The notes under the pieces: generated by a model
What the model was told of the DNA's origin: nothing
The model's database searches: none
The model's input: the letters and a program-made list of their open reading frames with translations, nothing else
Shown here: positions 1 to 11,670 of the stretch, in pieces
Numbering within the stretch: the first letter of the stretch is position 1
How the letters are laid out: each line of letters starts with the position of its first letter
Program-made: the position numbers and the translations under genes
Assembly: GCA_964019425.1 (NCBI GenBank)
Contig: OZ025781.1
Location: 682,001-746,000, forward strand
DNA: 64,000 nt
Origin: Flectonema sp. DT1601
Taxonomy: Eukaryota
Direction of reading: 5' to 3'

Positions 1-464
1 CCCGGCAGTCTCTTTATGTACTGAAGGTCACGGGATTTCAATTATTACTTAGGAGTTTTTAACATGATGGGTTTCGGCAATTCTGTTTTGGTTTTATTAA
101 TTTATCTTTATTACTTGAAATTATATTTATCCTGGGAACTTGACATTAGTAGTTTGCTCCTTCAGTCTTTATTTATCACAAGATGTAGAGGGGAAGGGGG
201 GAGGGGTAGATATAATTTAACTTCGGAAGTGTTTGTCTGTTTTTCTTACAAAACCTTTTCAATAAAAATAATCAGAAATGTATTTATGACAATTATTATT
301 CTCCTTCTAACTAGTTGTTGTATAACGTACTGAGCTGGGATTTGAGGGCTTGTGTCTTAGGATTAATTAACATGGCTCTTTGGAAATAGGAAATATGATT
401 TGAAATAGGAATTATTTTTAAAAAACTTTCTTCTACTAAAGATCTCTGTTTATTAAAAAGAAAT

Positions 465-1655
465 ATGCAACACCCAGACACCATATGGACTGTTTCTATA
501 GCAGTAGCATGGATGTCATTGTTTAGCGACTACCTACTTATGACTTTGATCATTCCACTTTTTCCTATGTTGGGAGCATCGGAGATGGCGACAGGTATGC
601 TTTTTGCCTCCAAAGCATGCATGCAAATAATCGCAGCCCCATTGTTTTCTACTATAATTGATAAGTGGGGTTTGAAATTGTTGTTCGCGGGATTGATAGT
701 AGATGCTGTGTCTAACCTGAGTTTTGCCTTTTCAATGAATTATCACGTGTGGTTGTTTGCAAGGATAATGCAAGGAATTGCTTCTGCGGCAGTGATCCCG
801 GCATCACTTGGTCACATTCAGAGAATGTACAACCACGACGAAGAACTACGAGCTGATGCATTTGGTACTGTCACCACAGGAATTCTAGCTGGAGTCATGA
901 TAGGTCCTCCAATGGGAGGTATTCTATTCACAATTCATCCAGCTTTACCCTTCGTTTTGGTAACAATTATTGTTCTTATTGCTGCTGCTCTAGCATTACA
1001 CGTCATTGAACATGTGGAAGTACCTAATTCGAATCCCTCCAAAAGCACTGGAATTACTACAATGATTAAAGACAAGGACTTGTTAGTATCCTTAGGAGCT
1101 TTATTGTTTGCAAACATGGCAATTGGTGCGTTGGAAGCTACCTTTGGATTATATGGATTGGAAGCTCTTGGGTTGGGACCTTCAGCAGTTGGAATTATTT
1201 ATTTGTTTAGTACCATTCCGACTATGTTTGCTTCTAAAGCCTGCGCTCCTCTACAACGGTATTGTGGTGTCAGGTGGCATGTCGTATTCGGAGGACTAAT
1301 CATTCAAGGTGTTTCCTTTATGTTGGGACCTAAATCTAACATATTCCTTGAAATAATATCATTTATTGGTTTAGGAACTGGTATGGGTCTTATTGATGGA
1401 ACTTCACCAGAGATTAACAGCGCTATTTCTAAAGCCCGCTATGGAGGTTCGACAGCTGTTCATTCGCTGTCGATATGTGCAATACAAGTTGGGTTCATAA
1501 TCGGTCCTATTTTAGGTAATTATTTGATGAAAAATATTAACTTCTGGGGAATGTCTTTTGTTTTAGGGCTTTTCATGGTTGTGTATTCCCCAACTATGCG
1601 AAGGCTCGATAGGTTTGAAACTTCTACCAAAGAAGAGTACGAGCCACTTCTATGA
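465..1655 (+). CDS. MFS transporter, SLC18 (vesicular amine/acetylcholine transporter)-like
   Basis: 396 aa with about 12 hydrophobic segments; DYLLMTLIIPLFP and GMLFASKACMQII resemble SLC18 TM1/TM2; ARIMQGIAS is an MFS TM4-type motif. Confidence 0.85.
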   Translation: MQHPDTIWTVSIAVAWMSLFSDYLLMTLIIPLFPMLGASEMATGMLFASKACMQIIAAPLFSTIIDKWGLKLLFAGLIVDAVSNLSFAFSMNYHVWLFARIMQGIASAAVIPASLGHIQRMYNHDEELRADAFGTVTTGILAGVMIGPPMGGILFTIHPALPFVLVTIIVLIAAALALHVIEHVEVPNSNPSKSTGITTMIKDKDLLVSLGALLFANMAIGALEATFGLYGLEALGLGPSAVGIIYLFSTIPTMFASKACAPLQRYCGVRWHVVFGGLIIQGVSFMLGPKSNIFLEIISFIGLGTGMGLIDGTSPEINSAISKARYGGSTAVHSLSICAIQVGFIIGPILGNYLMKNINFWGMSFVLGLFMVVYSPTMRRLDRFETSTKEEYEPLL

Positions 1656-2896
1656 ATATTTTTGCTGTCATATATATCGTACAGACTTTGACACTGGGCT
1701 AACCCTAATATAAAAAAGGGAAGCCCTTTTTATTTTTTGGTATTCTAATCAGAGACTCGGTGGCGATCATGGAACCCGCCTGCAAGTTTCTCAGTCCGTT
1801 CTGCAACCAAACACTCGTTACTTGCTATTTTTTGTTTATGTTTTGTCGTTTTTTTTTGGTTGTTCTTTTTTGTGTTTTTCGAAAAAAAAAAAAAAAAAAA
1901 AAAAAAAAACTTTTTGATTCTTTTTAAAGCATAATGCAACTCGGATTGACACGCGATGCTTCCACCGTGTTGGAAGGAATCGTGTGGTATTATCACCGCA
2001 CTGCATCCATGTGTTGTCGATTGCGTCCCCTGCCTTTTTGCTTTCTGAGCTACACATATGCGTTACGTTAACCTCACAAGCTGTTCCGTTTTTTTTATTG
2101 TAGGTTATCCACCTATGGTCTGTGTACGTCGTGAGCAATAATGGAGGACTAGATCAAAAAATAGAAAAAAAAAAGAAGTTTTTTAGATTTCGCTGGTAGT
2201 ATATTTGTTGTTTGTTCGTTTGTTTTAGTTAGTGCCTCCCCCTTGGCTCTTCTTGTTGAGATTTTCTCAAAAGCCTCGGATATTTTCTTTTCATTGAGTT
2301 GAATTTGTGAGGGAACAAAGATTCGCCCCTCCCTGGTGGGTTGCAGAATCGAAACTTGGTTTTTTATTACTTCAATTATTGATTACACCTCGTCCATTGT
2401 GTTTGATCCGAAAGCAGTGTGTCTGCATATTCGTCCATCGCTCCCTTCTGTGTGTCGACTTCTTGTCTTAAAAAAGGAAAAAAGAAATATGATAACAACT
2501 TTCCGTCTTATCAGTGTTTGCATTTACGTAAACTATCATTCATTCAATTCTTTTTCAAAAAAGAAAAAAAAATTGGAAAAAAAAAAATCACATAAGCTTC
2601 ATGTCAATTTACCCTTCAGCAAAATACGCGAAGGCGACCGAGTGAGAGAGAAGTTTTTTCCATTTTTTTTCTTTTTTTTTTTCTTTTCCTTGATTGACAA
2701 ACGTTATGCAAGTGATTCCCTTATCTCATTTCACTCTTCGGCAGGAATTACACAAACAAAAAATCGAAATCTTAATTTCATTTTTTCTGGATTTCAAACT
2801 TTTATCAATTTTAATTAACAAATATCCTTCTTTTCTCAAAGTAATTATCGCACTACTACTACTAAGGGGTCAGAGATACTTAAGGTAGCAAAAACT

Positions 2897-3553
2897 ATGA
2901 GATTATTTTTATTCGTCACATTGGTGGTCTTGGCAGTTGCAGATCTGAAGATTCCAATCATGCCACGGTTTGTAAAAAAATTATTTTTTTTGTTTTTTTT
3001 TACACAAAAAAAAAAAAAAATCCCAAAAAAAAATAGTAAAGTCTCAACATTAGATCCAGCCCTACTACTTGAAATCGTGAAGAGCTTAGGTTATGATGCG
3101 ACCCAACGTGATAATGGTTCAGTGTACATTTATATTGCTGGAGAGAAAGAAGAAAAGAAATTGCTTGATTTGGCTTGGTCAGACCATAATACCATTCTCT
3201 TGAGAGCCGCTTGGAATAGTCCTCACACTGAACTTGGTGATCTTCCGATTATTAATACTTGGAATCAGCATTACAGATTTGCTAAGGTCTCAATCCAAGA
3301 TAATCCAAGTAGCGACTTAGCTGGGGAAGATAAGGAGCCTGGTAACACTTTGATTATTATGCACATGGATCAGTTCATGCCAATCAGAGCTGGAAAACCA
3401 GCGATTACGGACATGGTAAAAAAATCTATTAACATTTACAAGACTAGTGTAGTTGCTTTTGATAAATTTATCGTTGACATTTACGAGAAAGCTGTCAAAC
3501 TCGCCCGTGAACGTGAAGGCACCAAGAGCAACCCTGCCGGAGAAGAAGCATAA
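2897..3553 (+). CDS. Signal-peptide protein with YbjN-like (T3SS-chaperone fold) domain; probable intron 2968-3036
   Basis: Hydrophobic N-terminus MRLFLFVTLVVLAVA; INTWNQHYRFAKVSI matches the YbjN N-x-WN-x3-RF-x-K motif; removing a 69-nt GT..AG poly-T/poly-A segment keeps the frame and deletes a spurious F/K run. Confidence 0.6.
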   Translation: MRLFLFVTLVVLAVADLKIPIMPRFVKKLFFLFFFTQKKKKIPKKNSKVSTLDPALLLEIVKSLGYDATQRDNGSVYIYIAGEKEEKKLLDLAWSDHNTILLRAAWNSPHTELGDLPIINTWNQHYRFAKVSIQDNPSSDLAGEDKEPGNTLIIMHMDQFMPIRAGKPAITDMVKKSINIYKTSVVAFDKFIVDIYEKAVKLAREREGTKSNPAGEEA

Positions 3554-4173
3554 TTTTTTCTTTTTTTTTTTTTAATAGTTACTGACTCTGTAGTATAATT
3601 AAACCAATAACTGAATAACCTTTCCCTCCCTCTTATTAATTAAGGTACAAGCTTCATGATTATCCGAGAGCATTCATTCTATTCTGTGCTTAACAAGACT
3701 TTTTAGTCTGAGGGTTTTGCGGTGTCAGTTGCAAAATAGACCATTTTGGTAGGCTCTTACTAGGTAGTACGGAGGACAGTAAAACACTATCATCTTTTTA
3801 ATTTTTTTTTTTTCCCCCTTATTTTTTTTTTCTTCTTCTTTTTCTTTTTTTTATAAGTATTTTTTTTTCAAGAGAATTTAAAAAAATAAAAATAAAGTTT
3901 TAAAAAAAAAATTTAAAAAAAAAAAAAAAAACTAAACCCATCTCCCCTTTAACAATTTAAATACTTCACACTAACACGGTTTTTTTTCTAATTTTTTTTT
4001 TAAGAATAGTTAGTTATAGACAATTTAGTAGTTCAACCCCTTGCAGGAAGCTGTGAAAAAAAAACATAGCTGGAGAAAATAAGAACCGTATTTATTTGTT
4101 TTTAAAAAAAAAAATTATTTATTTTTTTCTTTATTTTTTTTTGAAAAAATGATAGGGAACAAAGGACGGCAAT

Positions 4174-4809
4174 ATGGATTTTAACTCGAGAACTCCGTCA
4201 CCTTCACAGGGAACGACCACTCGGAGTGAAAGTGTCGGCTTTAGAGATATCGCAAACAGACTTCGGTTTAGCAGAACAGCACGACTCTGCTATGTCGTCT
4301 GCGTAGTACTAGCAGCTGGATTGATATTAGTCTCTGGATCGTCTACTAATAATATGAACAAATGGTGGTATAAAGCTCTTGAGGGATTCCTCACAGTTTT
4401 ATTCCTCCTTGAAATATTAATAAAAATGTACCTCCAAGGTATAATGCCTTACCTCAGTCAAAGCAAAACAAACTTAATAGAAGCTTTAATATGCTGTTTG
4501 TGTATTACTATTTTTATTGCTTCTTTGTATGAAACGGATGGTACTGAAGAAGGAGTTGTAGAAGCTTTGTTGTTATCGTTGAGATATTTAGCGTTGTTGG
4601 GAAGGTTGTGTTTTTTTGTAAGATCGTCGTCGAGTCAGACTCCGACTTCGAGAATTGAAATTAGGCCTTATGACAATATTCACATACAGGCATCGGTATC
4701 TCAGGAACACCTCAGTGGAGCGTGGGATGACATCAGCGCGAGTGAAGACGAGCAATTAAGAGAACTTCTTAAAAGCAACGCTCCAGGATTAACATCACAA
4801 CTCGCGTAG
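4174..4809 (+). CDS. Stand-alone voltage-sensor-like (S1-S4) membrane protein
   Basis: Four hydrophobic helices; S2-type LFLLEILIKMY, S3-type NLIEALI, Arg-spaced S4 LRYLALLGRLCFFVR; no pore helices before the stop. Confidence 0.6.
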   Translation: MDFNSRTPSPSQGTTTRSESVGFRDIANRLRFSRTARLCYVVCVVLAAGLILVSGSSTNNMNKWWYKALEGFLTVLFLLEILIKMYLQGIMPYLSQSKTNLIEALICCLCITIFIASLYETDGTEEGVVEALLLSLRYLALLGRLCFFVRSSSSQTPTSRIEIRPYDNIHIQASVSQEHLSGAWDDISASEDEQLRELLKSNAPGLTSQLA

Positions 4810-5458
4810 TGTAATCCAACCTACACTTTTTAACTCAATCTAAAGCAATAGAACAAATGAAATTTAAAGAACATTGTTGTAAGTGAGTAGAACAAGTGAT
4901 AACCGAATATGCGAGCCTTTCAACTTTATTCCTTCGTTCTACCTACCTATGGTGTCTGGCTTGTCGGTATTACAGTATCTTTGTATATTGCTGGGGAACA
5001 AATGCTTCTCTTTTTTTTTCTTCTTTTTTTTTGAGTGATGTACGTATCTCGGTCCTTCTGTGAGGACATTATGAAAGTATATAAAAAAAAAAAAATCGCA
5101 ACAACTCTGAAAATTGTGCCTTTTTCTGAATACACAAAAAAACAGATGAGTTACGGTTTCCTTATGGCGTGCGTTTTTTTTTTAAAATAAATAAAAAAAA
5201 ACATATGTAGGGGAACCGATGGTGTCCGTCATTTCCCTTGTTTCTTCCACATAGCGGAGCACACCGCGCAAAGCAGAGTATTCTTCGAAAGTAGATGAAG
5301 GTCTTCAAATTACTCCAAAAAAAACACTGTCGTCTTTTTTCATTTATCAAGCAACACTAAAAAATAAATGAGAACCGCAGCTGATTACACAATCCGTCGT
5401 TGTTATTTAATTCTAATTTCTCATTCAGGTAAGTAGTTCCCTTCAGTGAACCACAACC

Positions 5459-7423
5459 ATGCTGTTGCTTTGGATTGGTATTCTGTTGGCGTTATCTATA
5501 AGTGTCAATAGCATTAATTGTAGTTCACAATTTAATGGAAATGATTGGAAGTGGTATAGATTGGGTAGTGGAAGTGTTCGAAATGATGTCAGAGAGGAGC
5601 TTCATTTACAAAGTGCGATTGGAAACTATGGAGTTTGCTTTGAGATGGGATCACAGTGGGAGAAAACAATCTATGACGGGAGCATTATTAAACTACCATT
5701 TCTTGACGGTGGAACAAAATTCTGTGCTGTTTCAGATCCACGGCTACAAACAGTTGCCGAGCTTTGCGTTCCAACAAACTGCACTGCAAACGACGTTAGA
5801 GAAATCTTATCAGCGACAGATTCAGATTTGAAAGTTTTTTGTAATACAGATGCCTCTGGGCTTGAAAAGGACGTCGGTTTTTACGTAGCCATTTCGCTGA
5901 TATTATTATCATGTGTGCTAACACTGATTGCCACAATTAGAAAACCAAGACAACAACCGAGTAAATTATCTCAAATCTTATCTGTGTGGGATGCACGTAA
6001 AAATATCATGATCCTCACTGCTGCTAGACATGACAGACCGGGAAGGTGTACATCTTGGTTAGATTTTTTGAGAGTTGTTTCCATGATATGGGTGATTATA
6101 GGGCACACATTTCTTTATATTTCTACATACCCGACCTTGTCAAATCCACATCATATGATTTCTGTTCTTCATAGTTTTTCAAGTTTTCCTATAACGTCGT
6201 CATACTATGCTATAGAAACGTTCTTATTCCTAAGTGGATACTTTGCTGCTATGACTATTATGTATAACATTGATCGTTCTCCAGACAGATACAGAAGTTT
6301 TTCATCGGGATTACTGACTACTCTTCAATCGTACTTAGTTAGGTATTTACGACTTCTGCCTCCGTTGGTGTTATGTATTCTGTTGGCTGTTCATGTCGTC
6401 CCTCAAATCTTACAAGGACCAAAATCATGGAAATATGTAAACCTACAAACCATTGAAGCCTGTGACGATAAATGGTGGGCAGCCGTCCTGTTCATTAGTA
6501 ATTTTTATCCAAAAGATTTGAATAAAACATGTCTTGAATGGACTTGGTATCTTAGTGTTGATTGGCAACTTTTTTTAATACTTCCTATTGTCCTACTTCC
6601 GTATGCACTAAACAAACCTAACAGCATCACCCCATCATCGTCATTTATACGTAAAGCAATGCCACTAAGTACGTATATAATGCTGGGGATATGTTTGTTG
6701 TCGAACTTGTTTTGGAGTGTGAAGAATGAGGTGGTTCCTGATCAGGGTCCATTACCAAATAATTACGTATGGACGAACAATCGAGGAAGTGCGTACTGCT
6801 ATGGAGTTTTATGTCAGTTGATATTGCATGGGTTGAGAATGAGAACGGCTCCATGGGCTCCGTTGAGAAGAGTTGAAAGTGAATTTGACGATTCTCCGTT
6901 TCTTCCATCAATAAATGATGATGAACCAAGAGTAGTTATGATGGGTAATATGCCTGTCACTCCCACCATGAGTACTCGGTTTAGAGTTTTATGTTACGGT
7001 GGTAGTTGTGTTTTATTACTTCAAAATGTAGTACTAAATTGGTATTCATCATCACGTCGTGTTGTTGACGACTATGAAGCAACGTGGGGTCATCGCCTAT
7101 ACAGTTTTGACTATGTCTTTGGCTGGGGTCTTGGTCTTTCTTTATTAACAATCCCCCTCACAATGGGTCATGGGCAAATGATAAAGCCATTTCTCTCTCA
7201 TCCCCTTTGGGCAGCTTTGTCACGTTTGACTCTCGGAGTTTATTTATTTCACCCTTTGATTTTACTTATTCTATTGTCGTCCGATACTCCTTTTTTACTT
7301 ACTTTGCCATCGTATTCTTCTGTTTGTTTTTCTGCTATATTCCTTTCATTTTTATTTAGTTTTTTCACGTTTTTCACATTCGAAGCTCCTCTTGGGGGGC
7401 TATGCAAAATGATGCTGAAGTGA
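5459..7423 (+). CDS. NRF-6/O-acyltransferase-like (acyltransferase_3) membrane protein
   Basis: Signal peptide, Cys-containing NRF-like region (LCVPTNCT), LDFLRVVSMIWVIIGH, ETFLFLSG, RYLRLLP, WTWYLSVDWQLF, YLFHP. Confidence 0.9.
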   Translation: MLLLWIGILLALSISVNSINCSSQFNGNDWKWYRLGSGSVRNDVREELHLQSAIGNYGVCFEMGSQWEKTIYDGSIIKLPFLDGGTKFCAVSDPRLQTVAELCVPTNCTANDVREILSATDSDLKVFCNTDASGLEKDVGFYVAISLILLSCVLTLIATIRKPRQQPSKLSQILSVWDARKNIMILTAARHDRPGRCTSWLDFLRVVSMIWVIIGHTFLYISTYPTLSNPHHMISVLHSFSSFPITSSYYAIETFLFLSGYFAAMTIMYNIDRSPDRYRSFSSGLLTTLQSYLVRYLRLLPPLVLCILLAVHVVPQILQGPKSWKYVNLQTIEACDDKWWAAVLFISNFYPKDLNKTCLEWTWYLSVDWQLFLILPIVLLPYALNKPNSITPSSSFIRKAMPLSTYIMLGICLLSNLFWSVKNEVVPDQGPLPNNYVWTNNRGSAYCYGVLCQLILHGLRMRTAPWAPLRRVESEFDDSPFLPSINDDEPRVVMMGNMPVTPTMSTRFRVLCYGGSCVLLLQNVVLNWYSSSRRVVDDYEATWGHRLYSFDYVFGWGLGLSLLTIPLTMGHGQMIKPFLSHPLWAALSRLTLGVYLFHPLILLILLSSDTPFLLTLPSYSSVCFSAIFLSFLFSFFTFFTFEAPLGGLCKMMLK

Positions 7424-8970
7424 TTCGTGTTTTGTTAAAAAATATGTTAATAAATTGACAATGTGTGTTTTTTTTTTTTAAATTTTTTTTTTTTTTTTTT
7501 AAAAAAATTAATTTCGTATATTTACTGTCAGAAAATTGTGCTTTGCGTGTGTTTTCTTTTTTTTTGTGTACATAAAAACTAAATGTTTAGTGAGGTTACG
7601 TATAATTAAGTTGAGGAAAAAAAAAAACAATGTTACAATTAAAAAAAAAAAAAAAAAGAATATTTTTGATGGGGCCCCTGAATACCCAAATTATCACAAT
7701 TCGACGACGATCTCTCTGGATACTGGTACAGGAGTATGTAATCCAATATTTTTTTTTTCTTTGGTTTTTTTTTTATTAGCTTCTAATCTAAAATTAAAAC
7801 TTAAACTCTTCTGTTAATTCTTTTTCTCTTTTTTTTTTTTCTCTTTCAGTATATTCTACATTGTTAATAATTATCACTCCCTCAGTATGGGTTTTTTGGT
7901 GAAATTTACGCAATTGAATCATACTCTGATTTATAGATGTTACATAAATACTGTGTGACTTGTGATATAAATGCAAAAGAAGAAGTATTTGAAGATGATT
8001 ACGACGACGGAACAAAAAAAAAAAAAAAAAAATTCAGATTTTTTTTTTCTTTCTTCTTTCTTTCTTTTTTTTTTTCTCTCTCTCTTCATTTCCTGTTCTT
8101 TAATTCTTCGACAGGTTCGATTTTATGGTTTGCATTGCTCTCATTTTTTTTTTTTTTTTTTGGAATATTGAAGTGGTGCAAAAGTGTGTTTTTGCATCAG
8201 ATTAGTGTTATCGTTGTATTAAGAAATAATTGATTCGCTCCGCTCCTCTTTTTTTTTCCCGTCTCTCTTTTCTTTAGTGTGTTTTTTTTTTCATTGTCGC
8301 TCGTAGACAAGATGGATTGTTTTTGTACACCATCTCTTGTTATATTTGAGACATGTGTGTGTTGTTGGGAAAAAAAATAAATAAAAAATAGTAGATTTCA
8401 TAACTGCCATTTTTTTTTTTTTTTTGGCATTTTTTTAAATTTTTTTTTTTTTTTTTTTTTAAATAAAACTATTTTTCATCGATGACACAGAAATGGTGTT
8501 CTGTTGGTGAGTACGGAACGTATACTGTAAGAATGTTCTAAAGTAACTTTTCAAATATTATTAAAAAGATAGATCTTAATTAAACTTTTTGTTTGACTAC
8601 TACTGCTGTTGGTCTGTTTGCCGCTGAATTCATTGACTTTGTGCACTTTGATCATATTTTCGTATTTTTCGTTGTGGTTTTCTCATCAATTTCCTTGAAA
8701 GGTCTCAAGTTCGAGTCCCATCTTATTGCTGAGCGTGAGCGTGAATATACACCGCGAGCGGTCGAGCAGCTGAATATTAACTTTTTTTTTTTTTTTTTTA
8801 AATATGTGAACGTCACTACACTTCACCCCCCTCTCACAGAGTAATGCATGCCACGTCGGTCTCAACCCAATGTGTGTCTTGGTGTGAAATTATTGTTATT
8901 TGAAAGGAATTCCTTACCGCGTAGTAATAAATTATCTTCTCACACACTTACAGTACCGCACTCCTACATA

Positions 8971-11670
8971 ATGGTGTGCTGTGGCTGTTTCCCGTTTATC
9001 AAGCGGCCTGTTGTTGAATGTGGTGACGATGCGTCCTGTGCAACAGGAAAGGATGCAGTTGGATCAGGTAAAACAGGAGCACAACGGGATAATATAATTA
9101 ATGCTGCTCCGAGTGGGGTTCCGAGTTTGGGTGAATTCGCAGCAGCGAAAGCAGCTCTTGACCCGTTCTTGGAATTAGGAAACGGAAGTAAGATTGTTGA
9201 GGATGAATGTGTTCCTATGTTGATGAACCTCGCAGAGTCACAATTTATATCGAAACTTAAAAGTTTATTAGTAGTACCATCAGCAGTTGATGCAGCTGGG
9301 ATTCCACAGCCACCTGCATTAGAGTTTGTCGTCGCTGTTAAAGGTCCTGAAGATGCTCTTCAACGAATCGATTACACAGCAGTCGATGCTTCTAAAGTAG
9401 TTCGGATCATCAGTCGTTGTATTGATGCTTTATTATATCCGTTAATAGAACGGGGTATTGATCTTCCAAAGAGAGAATCTGAACTAGAATCTCAACCAAT
9501 AGACTTGCCTTCACTAATTCAACAGTGTAAACAAGTCATGTCTGAAGAAGAATGGTGTTCAGGTATTATGGAACATAAAAGAGATAGCGACAGCTGTTTT
9601 GGAACACCTCAAGCAATAACATGTCTCTGTGTACGGAGTGGGTTGATGGCATTGGGATGGTTGCATGGAGTACTACCTGATGTGCAATTAGAAACATCAA
9701 AACCGATAATACATCCGGGTGCTTTTATCGTCAGCAGTATAACAACATGTGTCAATGTGATTGAAGGAACTCTTAAAAGACCGTCAGCAGGAATGGTCAG
9801 CATAGCCACTGTTATGAACGGACTTCGGCCGTTAGTGTCATTCCTAAGCATGGTTGGTATCCTGGTTGGGATGCCTGCACTTCAAACACCAACTGATGAT
9901 AATCCTCTTTCATGGTTGTTATATCTTCCATTCTTCGCTCTTGATACGGCAGCTAAACATTCACTTTTATTTATAACACTTGTGCTTAGTGGTCAAAAAC
10001 GACTTTGTGTTTCTGGAATTCAACGAGGTAACACCATTGCTAGCACTTTATCATTATTAAAGAAGTCAGGTGTGCTTCCGATGTTTGGATTCAGTTCTAA
10101 TGCGAGTGAGAAGAAGTCATATCGACTTAGTATTCAATTTGCTAACGGACAAGGTGGTCATGAGAATGGTGATGGTCAAGGACCAATAAAAGAAGCCTTC
10201 GATTCTGTAGCTGCAGAAATGACATCTCAGTGGGTTGATGTTCCGCCATCTGTAACAGAAGGGAGTTCTGCAACGTTATTAGAGGGGTCTTCGCATGTTG
10301 TGTTGACTTATCCGAGTTCTAGTAATTTACATTTGACGATAAGACCTGGATATCAATTATCATTTACTAGTTTAAGTTCAACGTTTAATCATGAGCACTT
10401 CACTGTTAATGACACCCTCAATATGATCTGTGTGAGTGTTGATCCTCCTGAAGTATTATCAGCGGAAGGAAGCAGTTCGTCAATGCAGAGTATTCGAGTG
10501 AGGTGCAGTTCTGTTAGTACTGTTTCATTACATCGATCTCAGTATTTATTATATCAGCCTGTGGTTCCAATGTTTAAGGCAGAAAGAAATAATCCAAGTG
10601 TCTGGTTTAATTTATCAATTCCAGAGCTTGGTGATTGTCCTTACTCAGCCACTGAACATCAAGATGCGTGGGTTGAAAAATATGCATTCGTTGGATGGCT
10701 TATGGCTCAGGCGATTGCAAATGGTGTGACATTACCGTTGTCATTGCCGACTGCTTTTTTTGATTTGTTAAAGCACTGGTCTTTATTTCAGTCTACTGAA
10801 AGTATTGTTACGGAAGATCATCTTCGTAGTATTGGTGATGGAAGTATGTCACTGAAATCTGTTTATGACATGTCCCCAGAGACTCTTAAAGAAGTTGCGT
10901 CACTTCAAGGATTACCATCTGACACCACACATGCTCAATATATAAAACATTTATGTCAAGAAATGATTGTTAATCAAGTTAGGTTACAAATGAGTGCTAT
11001 AGTTGATGCATTTGGAAGTTGTGGTCTTCGTTCTTCGTTAGTACTTCGACACACATCTCCATGTGAGTTGAGAAATATGATTTGTGGTCGTTCAGATGAC
11101 GTCACATCTGACTATTCTCTCAGAATAGAATTTCGAATTTTAGAAGACCCAGATCTTCATCGCTATCGTCACTCAATTGTCTTCTTGGAGTGTCTTTGGG
11201 ATGTTGTTGATGATGGTCTTGATGAACATAGTGAGCATATCTTCTACACTGCAAAGAGGCCTTCTGCGAATAAACGAAGATTCTTAAAATTCGTCACTGG
11301 TCGTAAACTTCTCCCTGCCATCCCACAACAAGAAACGTTCAGAATTGTCAGCGGATCCAATCCAATGTGTGCTGCAGCTTATGATCAATTATTGCACAGG
11401 CTACCTAGTGCACATACATGTGATAATACGCTTGATGTTCCTAACTATGCAGAAGCTGTTTTATTTCGAAGCACTTCACCTTGGTTTGACCTTCCTGGAT
11501 CTCCTCCGGTTTCCGGGACTATCGCCAATTCACATCGAGAAACTGCGTGGGACCAGTTGTGTCAGGCATCTCCAGACACAATAGAGGCGATGAGAACTGA
11601 AATACGGACGATTATTAGAAACAAGTTACTGCATGCAATATGTAACGCTGATACCTACGACCTTGATTAA
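8971..11670 (+). CDS. HECT-domain E3 ubiquitin ligase (divergent)
   Basis: GDGQGPIKEAF at HECT start, FLKFVTG, catalytic LPSAHTCDNTLDVPNY; start placed at MVCCGC (the ORF is open from 8848, so the start is uncertain). Confidence 0.8.
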   Translation: MVCCGCFPFIKRPVVECGDDASCATGKDAVGSGKTGAQRDNIINAAPSGVPSLGEFAAAKAALDPFLELGNGSKIVEDECVPMLMNLAESQFISKLKSLLVVPSAVDAAGIPQPPALEFVVAVKGPEDALQRIDYTAVDASKVVRIISRCIDALLYPLIERGIDLPKRESELESQPIDLPSLIQQCKQVMSEEEWCSGIMEHKRDSDSCFGTPQAITCLCVRSGLMALGWLHGVLPDVQLETSKPIIHPGAFIVSSITTCVNVIEGTLKRPSAGMVSIATVMNGLRPLVSFLSMVGILVGMPALQTPTDDNPLSWLLYLPFFALDTAAKHSLLFITLVLSGQKRLCVSGIQRGNTIASTLSLLKKSGVLPMFGFSSNASEKKSYRLSIQFANGQGGHENGDGQGPIKEAFDSVAAEMTSQWVDVPPSVTEGSSATLLEGSSHVVLTYPSSSNLHLTIRPGYQLSFTSLSSTFNHEHFTVNDTLNMICVSVDPPEVLSAEGSSSSMQSIRVRCSSVSTVSLHRSQYLLYQPVVPMFKAERNNPSVWFNLSIPELGDCPYSATEHQDAWVEKYAFVGWLMAQAIANGVTLPLSLPTAFFDLLKHWSLFQSTESIVTEDHLRSIGDGSMSLKSVYDMSPETLKEVASLQGLPSDTTHAQYIKHLCQEMIVNQVRLQMSAIVDAFGSCGLRSSLVLRHTSPCELRNMICGRSDDVTSDYSLRIEFRILEDPDLHRYRHSIVFLECLWDVVDDGLDEHSEHIFYTAKRPSANKRRFLKFVTGRKLLPAIPQQETFRIVSGSNPMCAAAYDQLLHRLPSAHTCDNTLDVPNYAEAVLFRSTSPWFDLPGSPPVSGTIANSHRETAWDQLCQASPDTIEAMRTEIRTIIRNKLLHAICNADTYDLD

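Noticed and set aside
1745..2888. Short ORFs, including a possible spliced minus-strand gene at 1745-2138
   Set aside because: Dominated by poly-T/poly-A runs; no splice model gave a recognisable protein
7536..8844. F/K-rich ORFs here and at 11918-12352 and 19157-19622
   Set aside because: Translations of homopolymer-rich intergenic or UTR DNA
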